61,832 nt of DNA, taken from positions 1 to 61,832 of the forward strand of contig CANRHN010000004.1 of the NCBI GenBank assembly GCA_947630425.1. The letters are read 5' to 3'. Numbering within the stretch: position 1 is the stretch's first letter; each line of letters begins with the position of its first letter. The DNA is from an uncultured Clostridia bacterium. GTDB lineage: Bacteria > Bacillota > Clostridia > Christensenellales > CAG-314. The notes beneath the pieces are model-generated. The model made no database searches, was not told where the DNA came from, and saw nothing but the letters and a program-made list of their open reading frames with translations. The position numbers and the translations under genes are program-made. This document shows positions 18,596 through 27,704 of the stretch, in pieces.

Positions 18596-21355
18596 ATGAA
18601 CAAAAAAACGAAAACAACAGTACAACCGTTGTCGGAGAACACGCGCAGAGCGATAATTATCACGGCGATAATCGTGGTTGCAATTATCATACTCTCCGTT
18701 TCGTTGGCGTTGATACTCAAGCCCGCCAAGGTCACTCCTGCCGACAACGACCCGAGCAGCACGGGAAGTTCGTCGCTTACCATACGTAACGGCGATTTCT
18801 ACTACACCGGTTCGGATGACACGGCGTATCCCAAGACGGCGCAAAACTGGTCGAGATACGGCTACAAAGCGGTAGCCGGTTCTTCTCACGACTTTGAATC
18901 CATCTCCACCAACGACAAGGCGGTAATGGGTATTGTCACCACAAATACCGACGCGGACAAAGGCGACACTTGGAGTACGGTTTCGGAAGATTTGAGGGTA
19001 GAAGGCATCACCGCGACCAACCCCGGCAAACACGGTAGAGACGGAGATATCGAAGAACCGGATGACGACAACGTTTACATGATCGCCACCAAAGAGGCAA
19101 CCGCCGTAAGCATTCTTTCGGACAGCTTCAGCGTGTCGAGCGGCAAGTCGGTAAAGATTACGGTTTGGATCAACAACTCGCAACTGACGGGTGACGCCGT
19201 TGTTATGCTGCAAAAATCCACCGTTTCCGCCAAGTCGGAAAATTGGTATGCTTACAATGCTCGCGTGGAGAAAGCCGACGCTTGGCAAAAGCTCGAGTTC
19301 TACGTCTTCAACCGTGAATCCAGCACAAAGTACATTCGTCTGAGCGTGGGTGTTGGCAACGTGTACAGCGGAGAGGAAAATGATCGCGACAAGTTCGAGC
19401 TTGTCGATGACCAACCCATAACAGCCGAAGGCGTCCTTTTTGTAGATGACATCACCTACGAAGAAGTTACCGCAAACGACTACCGTACCGTTGTGGACGA
19501 TCCCGCGGCAAAGGACAGCACGCTGTACAAAATCATCGAAAACGAAGATATCGAGGACGAAACTCAATACCTCACTTGGGAAACCCTCGGCGGCAGTTCC
19601 ACCACATACACCACCGCAGAACAAGTAGCTGCCGAAATGAAATACTCTCCCTTCACTGACAGAGACGACTTCTACAAGACGGTGAAAAACGATACCGACG
19701 AGTCCGACAGCGGCGAGTCGGAAGAAACTCCGCCAACGGAACGCGAACCGTCCGGCTTTACGATGTACGGCATAAATCACAAAGGCGGTAAACCCGACGG
19801 CGTGATCGGCTTCCGTCTTGACGCAAGCTCCCTAAACGGAGATGACAACAAAAACATAAACACGCTGTACAGTCTGTGGAAAAAGGATCACCACCACATC
19901 AGCTTTTGGGTGAGGGTAAAACAAGAGGACAACAAGGTTGCAAAAGCCAACATTTACGTTCAATCCTACAACACGGACACGGGCGAATATGAGGACGTCG
20001 ACAACAGCAAATGGGTTTCGCAGGTAGGTAGCCAAGAAATCGAGACCGACTCCAACTGCGGCTGGGTGAAATACGACATCTATCTCAAGCCCGCCACAAC
20101 GGAAAAACAAATCAGCATTCTCGTGACGTTGGGCAGCAAAGACGGCAAGTACTCCGAATCCGACGTGGAAAACGGATTGTTCCCCGAGGGAACGCTGTAT
20201 GTCACAAGCCCTGCTTACGAAAAACTTTCTTCAAAAGACTACAACAACGCTTCAGGCGGAACTTATTCCAAAAAAATCGACCTTATAGGCGTTTCCGCTA
20301 CAACCAGCGTTACAAACGGCAGCTTCAGCGACCTTAACAACACAGGAACACAACCCTCCGGTTGGAGTCCCGCGTTTGCAGGCGACAACATGCTTTACCG
20401 TGACGGCAGAGGCGACGACAAAATCGATGGACTCGACAGAGTTTACAGCGCGGTAAAGGACAGCAGCGTTGTGCGTAACTTCGAGCAAACCTACGGTTGG
20501 GACGACGAACAACAAAACGTGTTGCTTGTCAGAAACAGCACAGCCACAAGCTTCGGTTACTTCTCCGATGAAATTACGCTTTCCGCGCATACCGTGTACG
20601 TTTTGTCTGCGTTGATCAAAAACGACGGCGGACAACCCCACTTCTACCTGCTCAACACCGACGCTTCCTTGGAAAGAAATGACCGCGTCATAGCTGAAGG
20701 CATCACAGGCATTACCGCCGCCAATGAAAGCGCGCTCAACTACGGCAAGACGAGCGACGACTTGGAAAACAGCTGGGCTCGTTACTACATCATTGTTGTA
20801 ACAGGCGACGAATCGCAAACCGTGCGCCTTGCGCTGTTCAACGGCAAGATAGACGGTAGCGAATTGACAACAGGCAGCGTATACTTCGATCAAATTGGCA
20901 TGAAGAGCGTCGGCACTTACTCCATGACCACGGACGAAGCCGATGAGGACGCGGAAAAGTACACCGTAACGTGGAATTTGGGCGGCGACAGCTACATTTT
21001 GAATGGCGAAGAGCTTTCCATCAAAGATCTGCTCAAAAAAGATCAAATCGACATGCTCGTCGAAGTTGGCGCATTGGAGTTGGAAGCGGACGAAACTACC
21101 AAGGACGGCGCACTTTCCAACTTGACGACGTTGCAACCCGATAAAAGCGCTTGGAACACCATGCTGAAAATACCCGAAGATACGGAGGACGAGACAACGA
21201 ACGAAACCGAAGTCGAACCCGAAGAAACAAAAACTCCCGTTGATTGGGGTCTGTTGTTCTCCGTTATTTCAAGTGTCGCGCTTGTTGCGGCATTACTCGT
21301 GGTGCTTGTCGTAAAACTGTTCAAAAACAGAAAAAATCAAAAGAGAGCTGCTTAG
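18596..21355 (+). CDS. Large acidic surface protein (about 919 aa) with N- and C-terminal TM helices and possible CBM-like modules
   Basis: N-terminal AIIITAIIVVAIIILSVSLALIL, C-terminal WGLLFSVISSVALVAALLVVLVV followed by a basic tail. Modules start IRNGDF and VTNGSFSD. Start placed at MNKKTK (18596). Confidence 0.85.
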   Translation: MNKKTKTTVQPLSENTRRAIIITAIIVVAIIILSVSLALILKPAKVTPADNDPSSTGSSSLTIRNGDFYYTGSDDTAYPKTAQNWSRYGYKAVAGSSHDFESISTNDKAVMGIVTTNTDADKGDTWSTVSEDLRVEGITATNPGKHGRDGDIEEPDDDNVYMIATKEATAVSILSDSFSVSSGKSVKITVWINNSQLTGDAVVMLQKSTVSAKSENWYAYNARVEKADAWQKLEFYVFNRESSTKYIRLSVGVGNVYSGEENDRDKFELVDDQPITAEGVLFVDDITYEEVTANDYRTVVDDPAAKDSTLYKIIENEDIEDETQYLTWETLGGSSTTYTTAEQVAAEMKYSPFTDRDDFYKTVKNDTDESDSGESEETPPTEREPSGFTMYGINHKGGKPDGVIGFRLDASSLNGDDNKNINTLYSLWKKDHHHISFWVRVKQEDNKVAKANIYVQSYNTDTGEYEDVDNSKWVSQVGSQEIETDSNCGWVKYDIYLKPATTEKQISILVTLGSKDGKYSESDVENGLFPEGTLYVTSPAYEKLSSKDYNNASGGTYSKKIDLIGVSATTSVTNGSFSDLNNTGTQPSGWSPAFAGDNMLYRDGRGDDKIDGLDRVYSAVKDSSVVRNFEQTYGWDDEQQNVLLVRNSTATSFGYFSDEITLSAHTVYVLSALIKNDGGQPHFYLLNTDASLERNDRVIAEGITGITAANESALNYGKTSDDLENSWARYYIIVVTGDESQTVRLALFNGKIDGSELTTGSVYFDQIGMKSVGTYSMTTDEADEDAEKYTVTWNLGGDSYILNGEELSIKDLLKKDQIDMLVEVGALELEADETTKDGALSNLTTLQPDKSAWNTMLKIPEDTEDETTNETEVEPEETKTPVDWGLLFSVISSVALVAALLVVLVVKLFKNRKNQKRAA

Positions 21356-21378
21356 CCGAAAAAGTTCATAGTTTGATC

Positions 21379-21413
21379 AAAAAGGCGTAACCGAATGGTT
21401 GCGTCTTTTTTTT
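21379..21413. terminator. Terminator between the convergent surface-protein gene and aroK
   Basis: aaaaggcgtaacc-gaat-ggttgcgtctttttttt. Confidence 0.75.
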
Positions 21414-21509
21414 GTCTCTATGTTTGTGCATACGCCGGATGTTGCAAATGTCGGAATGCAGAAGCAAACAGAATATATTTGAAGTAAAACCAAATTGAAG
21501 TTTGAAAAG

Positions 21510-22001
21510 TTAATTTTCAAGTCGTTTTGCCACAAGATCCGCCGTCTCGCGCGCGGAAAGTCCGTCGGTACACACCGTCACGTCGGCAAAACGACGGTAA
21601 ACACGCTCGCGTTGAGAGACAAATTGTCGAAGCTGTTGCTCATTCAAGCCCTCTAAAAGCGGTCTGCCGCCATTGAGTCTGCTTGCTACCGTTGTCGCCT
21701 CTGCGGTCAAGCACACCACCTTTGAGCCGCGTGCAAATTCGGCAAAATTTTGACAAAGCACACTGCCGCCGCCGCAAGCTATCACTGCGTTGTCGATCGA
21801 AAGGCTGTGCAACACCTCATTTTCCAATTTGCGAAAGCCCTTTTCGCCGCTCTCGGAAAATATTTGCGTTACGGTTTTGCCTACAGCGCGTTCCGCTTCG
21901 GCGTCCGTATCCACAAATTTCTTTCCCAATTTTTCGGCAAGCAATGCGCCCACGGTCGTTTTGCCCGTTGCGGCAAAACCAATCAAAATTATGTTGTTCA
22001 T
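21510..22001 (-). CDS. aroK: Shikimate kinase
   Basis: LIGFAATGKTTVG Walker A, DTD, GEKGFRKLE, ACGGGSV, RPLL. Confidence 0.92.
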   Translation of the reverse strand: MNNIILIGFAATGKTTVGALLAEKLGKKFVDTDAEAERAVGKTVTQIFSESGEKGFRKLENEVLHSLSIDNAVIACGGGSVLCQNFAEFARGSKVVCLTAEATTVASRLNGGRPLLEGLNEQQLRQFVSQRERVYRRFADVTVCTDGLSARETADLVAKRLEN

Positions 22002-22438
22002 TGTTTTTCAGTAGGTTTTGTAGCGCAAATCAAACAGTTCAATGCGTCAAAATAGCTTTGAACGCCCTTTCCCATAAAACGAGCCATACAAACGTCCGTC
22101 AGCACGTCCACACGGCGAAAGCTCTCGCGTGCGTTTACGTCGGTGAGATGAACCTCGACAACGGGGACGTCTATGCACTCGATACAATCCCTCAACGCGT
22201 AGCTGTAGTGACTGTACGCGCCCGCGTTGAAAACAACGCCGTCGCAATCCGTTTGTTGCAGTATGTCTACCAACTCGCCCTCGCTGTTGCTGTGACGACA
22301 CACCACCTGCACATTGCGTTCCTTGCCGTATGCGCAAACCTTGTTTTCCAATTGGCAAAGCGTTTCCGTTCCGTAAAGGAACGGGTCGCGCTTGCCCAGC
22401 ATGTTCAGATTGACTCCGTTTAGCAGTAAGATTTTCAT
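21998..22438 (-). CDS. aroQ: Type II 3-dehydroquinate dehydratase
   Basis: LNGVNLNMLGKRDPFLYG, SNSEGELVD, NAGAYSHYS, EVHLTDVNARESFR. Start placed at MKILLL (22438), overlapping the upstream stop. Confidence 0.95.
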   Translation of the reverse strand: MKILLLNGVNLNMLGKRDPFLYGTETLCQLENKVCAYGKERNVQVVCRHSNSEGELVDILQQTDCDGVVFNAGAYSHYSYALRDCIECIDVPVVEVHLTDVNARESFRRVDVLTDVCMARFMGKGVQSYFDALNCLICATKPTEKQ

Positions 22439-24435
22439 TTTATATCTTCCATATCCTTTACAAAAGCATTGTAGTCCGTTTGAACGGGTGTGCCCGTCCA
22501 CAACGCAAAGCTCTTTGCGCCCTGGTGAAACAGCATCTCTTTTCCGTTTGCTACCGTCAGTCCGCGTTGCTCCGCCTGCCGCCGCAAACCGCTTGCGCCA
22601 TTGTAGTCTGCAATCAGAACAAATTTACAGCTTGGCGGCAAAGTAAGGCTTTGCTCGAAATCGCACTCGGGCACAAAGCTCAACACTCCGACGGGATCTT
22701 GTAATGTTTGTGGCAAGGAGTACTTTTTTTGCAGCGACATTGCATGCGTCGAAGTGCGGTTTAACACGCGCAGTTTGCAATCGTATTTAAGCAACTCGCA
22801 TATAACCGCCTCGGCAGCGCCGCCCGCGCCCACGATCCAAAGCGGCTGTCCCTCAAAAGCTATGCCGTGAAAGCGCAACGATTGCACCACACCGTAGCCG
22901 TCGGTAGACGTGACGTTTTTGCCGCCGTTAAACACGGTGTTGACAGAGGGCAGACTGCTTTTGAAAATGCTTGCGACGCGCTTTTTGAAGGGCATAGTCA
23001 CGTTTACGCCGTCAAATTGCTCAATTTCTTTCAGCAAAACTTTGTCGCTTGTTTGTTTGGGCAAGCAAACGGTTTTGTAAATGCAGCACACGCCCGATTG
23101 CTTTGCCAAGTGAGCGTGCAGCGCGGGCGAAAGGCTGTCCTCTACTTTTGTGCCCACAAGCCCCAGCTTAAGCGGAACAATGCCCAAACCTTTCAAAAAC
23201 TCCGGGTCGGAAACTTCAAAAGGCGTGCTGTCCACACAACCGCAACCCGTAGCCACGGAAAGTACCGTCTCGCACATTGCAATCCGATGATCGTCAAGGC
23301 TTGTAAAAAACTTGCCTTTGGGCACTGCCCCGTCGGAAATCACGGTCAAATTTTTGCCGTCAAAGGAACACTGTTTGTTACAGACGTTTGCAATGCGAGC
23401 GATTGCCTCGAGACGATTGCTTTCCTTGTTGGCAAGCTCTCCCACTCCGCAAAACACGTGCGTACCCCCGACGAACAACGCCATGGTCGCCAACAGCGGA
23501 ATTTCGTCTATACCGTCGCACGCATCCTGCTCCGAGGCAAAAAACGGGTGCAAAACGCTCGGTTCGACGATTATGTCTCCTACGCGTTCGCCCAACACGG
23601 TGTGCAAATTACAGTAGCTTATGGTTGCGCCGCTGTTTTGCAGTACCCTGTAAAAGCCCAACCTGCGTTCGTTTAGCAGAACATTGCAAAAATGCGCGCG
23701 TTGTCCCGTCAACAATGCCAAAGCGACGGAATAAGCCACTGCGGACGGGTCGTTGGGAATGGCAAATTCAAAGGCTTTTGGACGAGATTTTTGAACTACT
23801 ACGGTGTTGCCGTCCACTCTGACGTCGGCTCCCAACTCGCCGAGTAACAGCTCGGTGTGGTTGCGCGTGGGACGTCGTTCAACATAGCGCGTTTGTCCTT
23901 CGGCAAAAAGTCCCGCCAAAATGACCGCGCTCTTTACCTGCGCGGAATGAACCTGCGACTCCACCGTCGCGCCGTGCAGCTTGCCTCCGCGCGTTTCAAA
24001 CAAACAGTCGGGCGCAAAGGCAATGTCTGCTCCCATTGCTCGTAAGGGCTCTACAACGCGCGTCATCGGGCGTTTTGAAAGACTCTCGTCTCCGCAAAAA
24101 CGCGCCTTTACGCCCAAACCGCAAAACAACCCCGCAAGCAAACGCGCCGTCGTGCCGCTGTTGCCGCAATCGATTGTCAGCTTCTGCGGCAAATTGCGCA
24201 TACGGGGCGTGACAATTACCGTGTTTCCGTTAGTTGCGGTTTTTTCAAGCCTTACACGCGCCACGGTGTTTTTCAAGGCGGTCAACGTGCATAACACATC
24301 GCTTGACAATGTGACGTTGTGCAAAACGCTCACTCCGTCCGCTATCGACGCGGCAATGAGCGCGCGGTGCGTCAACGATTTGTCGCTGCACCGAACGTCC
24401 GATTCAAGATGAAATTTGTCGTTGAATGTGATCAT
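22435..24435 (-). CDS. aroA: Fused EPSP synthase (AroA) and shikimate dehydrogenase (AroE)
   Basis: AroA motifs DKSLTHRA, GNSGTTARL, RPM, SAQVKSA, RNHTE, IDEIP, KESNR, DHRIAM. These continue in frame into AroE motifs SLSPALH, NVTMPFK, NTV, TDGYG, GAGGAA, NRT, MLFHQGAKSF. Confidence 0.92.
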   Translation of the reverse strand: MITFNDKFHLESDVRCSDKSLTHRALIAASIADGVSVLHNVTLSSDVLCTLTALKNTVARVRLEKTATNGNTVIVTPRMRNLPQKLTIDCGNSGTTARLLAGLFCGLGVKARFCGDESLSKRPMTRVVEPLRAMGADIAFAPDCLFETRGGKLHGATVESQVHSAQVKSAVILAGLFAEGQTRYVERRPTRNHTELLLGELGADVRVDGNTVVVQKSRPKAFEFAIPNDPSAVAYSVALALLTGQRAHFCNVLLNERRLGFYRVLQNSGATISYCNLHTVLGERVGDIIVEPSVLHPFFASEQDACDGIDEIPLLATMALFVGGTHVFCGVGELANKESNRLEAIARIANVCNKQCSFDGKNLTVISDGAVPKGKFFTSLDDHRIAMCETVLSVATGCGCVDSTPFEVSDPEFLKGLGIVPLKLGLVGTKVEDSLSPALHAHLAKQSGVCCIYKTVCLPKQTSDKVLLKEIEQFDGVNVTMPFKKRVASIFKSSLPSVNTVFNGGKNVTSTDGYGVVQSLRFHGIAFEGQPLWIVGAGGAAEAVICELLKYDCKLRVLNRTSTHAMSLQKKYSLPQTLQDPVGVLSFVPECDFEQSLTLPPSCKFVLIADYNGASGLRRQAEQRGLTVANGKEMLFHQGAKSFALWTGTPVQTDYNAFVKDMEDIK

Positions 24436-24457
24436 AAAAATTTTTCCGAGGCTCGCG

Positions 24458-25390
24458 CTACTTCAAAAGTAAAGCTTTGACCTTGTCAAAAGAAACGCGC
24501 ATAAGCTCAAACCTCGGAGGAAGCACAAATCCGATACCGTCAAGGTTTTTCTTGTCCTGCAAAACGGCATTGAGTATATTTTCGGTAAGAGGCTGTATTT
24601 CAAACTCCTTTCTTACTTTCTCGCTCCAAAAATCGGCATAACCCTTTTCGCACAATCCGAGAGCCCGGGCAAGCAGCGTTTCATAGTAAATTCCGTTGGC
24701 AACGGCAATACCATGCGGCAAATTCAATGCCAATTCCATTGCGTGTCCTATCGTGTGACCGAAGTTGAGCTTGTTGCGCTCTTTCTCGCAAAAGGGATCG
24801 TTTTTGCAAATTTCCAGCTTGTATTTGGCGCAACTTACCGCCAAATCTTCAATTCTCGTCAAACCGTCGCAAAACAAGGCGTCGTCGCTTAACATACGGT
24901 ACTTGAAAAGCTCGCCCTTGCCGCTTTTTAGCTGTTCTTCGTCCAATGTGCCGAGAAAGCATGCGTCAATCAGCGTGTCGCAGTTGAAAAAATAACTGCC
25001 GACGGCGTTTTTTACGCCGCACATGTTTACCGCTGTTTTGCCGCCGACACCGCTATCTGCCATGGCAAGCAAGGTTGTGGGCACGTGCAGCAGCCTGACT
25101 ATGCCCCGTTTGTATATGCTGCACGCAAACCCCACGGTATCTCCTATGCTGCCGCCTCCTACGGCAACAACGCGACTGTCGGCGTTCAGCTTGCGTTGCA
25201 AAAACCATTTGCACAATTTTTCTACCCACTCAAGGCTTTTGGCTTGCTCCCCGCGAGGAAGCAAAAACACATTGTCCCCGTCAATTTCGTAAAGTTGTGC
25301 AATGTTTTCGTCCGTTACAACGCTGTCATGCGCGTAATCGGACAAATTGAAGGGCTTGTACTCTATCGTCCAATCGTTTATGTTTTTCAT
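24458..25390 (-). CDS. aroB: 3-dehydroquinate synthase
   Basis: GGGSIGD, PTTLLAMADSGVGGKTAVN, GELFKY, LNFGHTIGHA, LPHG. Confidence 0.92.
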   Translation of the reverse strand: MKNINDWTIEYKPFNLSDYAHDSVVTDENIAQLYEIDGDNVFLLPRGEQAKSLEWVEKLCKWFLQRKLNADSRVVAVGGGSIGDTVGFACSIYKRGIVRLLHVPTTLLAMADSGVGGKTAVNMCGVKNAVGSYFFNCDTLIDACFLGTLDEEQLKSGKGELFKYRMLSDDALFCDGLTRIEDLAVSCAKYKLEICKNDPFCEKERNKLNFGHTIGHAMELALNLPHGIAVANGIYYETLLARALGLCEKGYADFWSEKVRKEFEIQPLTENILNAVLQDKKNLDGIGFVLPPRFELMRVSFDKVKALLLK

Positions 25391-26433
25391 AATTTGTTTT
25401 GTTTAAGCATTTGATTTGCTATCACATACGCCAAAATGTTTTCCGCCACCACCCCTACGTTGGGCACAACGCAGGTGTCGGCGCGTTCGTAATGCTGTTC
25501 AACGGTTTGGTGCGTAACGGCGTCCACCGTTTGAACGCCCTTTACGGTGGGTACAGGCTTGACCGTCAAATGAAAAAGTATGTCCTGCCCCGTGGTAATG
25601 CCGGAAACAATGCCGCCGCATTTGTTTGTTGCATAGACGATTTTCCCCTCCTCGACCGTCAATTCGTCGTGGGAGGAAACGCCGTCCGAGCTTGCGTACT
25701 TGTCCCCGATACCGAACTGTATGCCTTTAACGGAAGGAATTCCCAACATGTTGGCGGCTATCACCGCGTCCAAACGTTCGCAATAGGGGGCAATTTCTCC
25801 TATACCCATGGGAACGCCCGTTGCGCCTACGGCAACAATTCCGCCAAGACTGTTGCCCTTTTCGCGCGCCTTGTCTATCGCTTGGCACATGAGACCCGTG
25901 GCATAGCGACAGGGACAATGCAAAACGAAAAAGTGCGGCTCTTTTTCGGAACGCCCGAAAACGTAACGGTTGCGAGACGCGATCCCGCCGATTTTTTCCA
26001 CATAGTGGTAGGTGTAAATGCCCTGCGCGCTCAACAGAAGCTTACAAACAGCACCCAACACAACATAACACACACTGCTACGCGCGCTCGTCAACTCGGC
26101 AATTTGTCTGACGGACATGTCGTCGAAACGCGCCTGCCCCACAACGTCGCCGTGTCCGCTGCGCAACGCCGTAAATTCGGGACGCGTCTCCTTGGATTTG
26201 TTCGCAACAAAAAAGCGCAGCTCGCCGCGTACCGTTACGATGTCGGAATCCGCCCCCTCAAAACGTACTACGTCGTCGAAATTTTGACGACTGCTCCTGC
26301 CGTAGCCCTGTTTTCGCAGAGCAAGCTGCTTGTTCACCTCGCTTACGGAAAAAGAAAATCCGTCGGGCAAACCCCGAACGGTTCCGCCGTAGCCCTCGCC
26401 GTGAGAGCTTCCAAAAAATGAAAAGGTTATCAT
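25387..26433 (-). CDS. aroC: Chorismate synthase
   Basis: FGSSHGE, RKQGYGRSSR, RSGHGD, N-x-CGGIVSGITTG, KPVPT. Confidence 0.9.
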   Translation of the reverse strand: MITFSFFGSSHGEGYGGTVRGLPDGFSFSVSEVNKQLALRKQGYGRSSRQNFDDVVRFEGADSDIVTVRGELRFFVANKSKETRPEFTALRSGHGDVVGQARFDDMSVRQIAELTSARSSVCYVVLGAVCKLLLSAQGIYTYHYVEKIGGIASRNRYVFGRSEKEPHFFVLHCPCRYATGLMCQAIDKAREKGNSLGGIVAVGATGVPMGIGEIAPYCERLDAVIAANMLGIPSVKGIQFGIGDKYASSDGVSSHDELTVEEGKIVYATNKCGGIVSGITTGQDILFHLTVKPVPTVKGVQTVDAVTHQTVEQHYERADTCVVPNVGVVAENILAYVIANQMLKQNKL

Positions 26434-27644
26434 TTTTCACCCCAATTTGCAGGCATCGTACGGTTCTCAGACATCCACACGCTATCCTTGAGCTTTACGT
26501 TGCTTTCGGAAAAATACATGCTTACCCTGCCGTCGGTGCAGCCGAAAACAATGTCGCCGTTAAACGCCTTGCAGCCTACAGTTTTCAACAAGCCCGTTTT
26601 CGACCTTTTTACCTTTGCCAGATTTGTGACAAAAACATTGTCCGTATATGACGAAATGCGATCGACAAAATCCTGCGTGGGAAAGGTCTTTTTGTTGTCT
26701 TGAGTGTATTCCACGCTGCCCGCCACGCAACAAACGCAAACATACTCGGGGCGTATTTTAGACAACAACACCTCGTTGGACGATGTGCGCGAACCGTGAT
26801 GAGCCCCTTTGTAAAGGGTCATCTGCGGCAAATCGGGGTTGTATTTTACAAGGGAAGCCTCGCCGTCCTTTTGCAAATCTCCCGTAAGCAAGCAATGAAT
26901 GCTCCCCGCGTTCAATGTGAGGCACACCGAGTAGTCGTTTTCCGTGGAAGTGTAAGTTTCGTAGTATTCCTGATAAAGTATCTCCATTGTGACGCCGTTG
27001 CCCAAGTCGTAAATGCGTTTTGCGCCCCTTTGCTCGCGCACGCACTCCAACGCGCTGTAGCACTTGGCTCCCTCTGCAATTTCCTTGTCGCGCGCGTCGC
27101 AGTAAGAATAGTATTTGTCCGTCGTTTTGTTGGTTTTGGCAAATTCTATTATCGTTTTGCACTCGTATCTTTCAAAAATCCCCGGAGAGGCTTTTGTGCC
27201 GTAAAAACCGGAAATGTGATCGCCGTCGGCATGAGTTACCACAACGTACTCCAAAATGCCGTCCTTGCAAAATCTTCTTATGTACTCGTCGATGGCGTTT
27301 GCGCTTTTGTCTCTCGGACCTGCGTCGATAAGAATGTCGTTTTCGCCCGCCTTTACGTAAATGCAGTCTCCGTTGTATTCGCCGCACTGCAAAAAGTGCA
27401 CTGACAAATCCTCGTTTGCAATGCGTTTTACATTGTAGAGCTTCTTATCGTATTTGTGTAAGCCGAAAATACCGCTAAACCAACCCGAAAAGTAGCCGAG
27501 AACAATGAGCGTAGTCAGCACCAACACCGTAAAAACGGCAAGACAAATCGCAAGCAGCTTTTTCTGCTTGGGAGAAAGCCTGCGTTTTGCTACAGGCGCG
27601 TCATCGGGCATTGGAATTGGATCGTTTTGTTTGTTATGAGACAT
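26430..27644 (-). CDS. Membrane-anchored ComEC/Rec2-like metallo-beta-lactamase-fold hydrolase
   Basis: N-terminal TM, GDCIY, LIDAG, THADGDH, ENDYS, TGD, AHHGS. The stop overlaps the aroC start. Confidence 0.85.
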   Translation of the reverse strand: MSHNKQNDPIPMPDDAPVAKRRLSPKQKKLLAICLAVFTVLVLTTLIVLGYFSGWFSGIFGLHKYDKKLYNVKRIANEDLSVHFLQCGEYNGDCIYVKAGENDILIDAGPRDKSANAIDEYIRRFCKDGILEYVVVTHADGDHISGFYGTKASPGIFERYECKTIIEFAKTNKTTDKYYSYCDARDKEIAEGAKCYSALECVREQRGAKRIYDLGNGVTMEILYQEYYETYTSTENDYSVCLTLNAGSIHCLLTGDLQKDGEASLVKYNPDLPQMTLYKGAHHGSRTSSNEVLLSKIRPEYVCVCCVAGSVEYTQDNKKTFPTQDFVDRISSYTDNVFVTNLAKVKRSKTGLLKTVGCKAFNGDIVFGCTDGRVSMYFSESNVKLKDSVWMSENRTMPANWGEK

Positions 27645-27704
27645 AATTCAACGAGAAAAAGTTTTTTGGCATATATGTACATACGTGCAGCTGTTGCAAG
27701 GAAA

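Noticed and set aside
18460-18596. Riboswitch upstream of the 919-aa gene (ggtctacc resembles the purine riboswitch core)
   Set aside because: The flanking conserved elements and stems of purine or c-di-GMP riboswitches were not found.
18587-21136. Minus-strand ORFs 18587..19780 and 20252..21136
   Set aside because: They are antisense shadows of the 919-aa surface protein gene.
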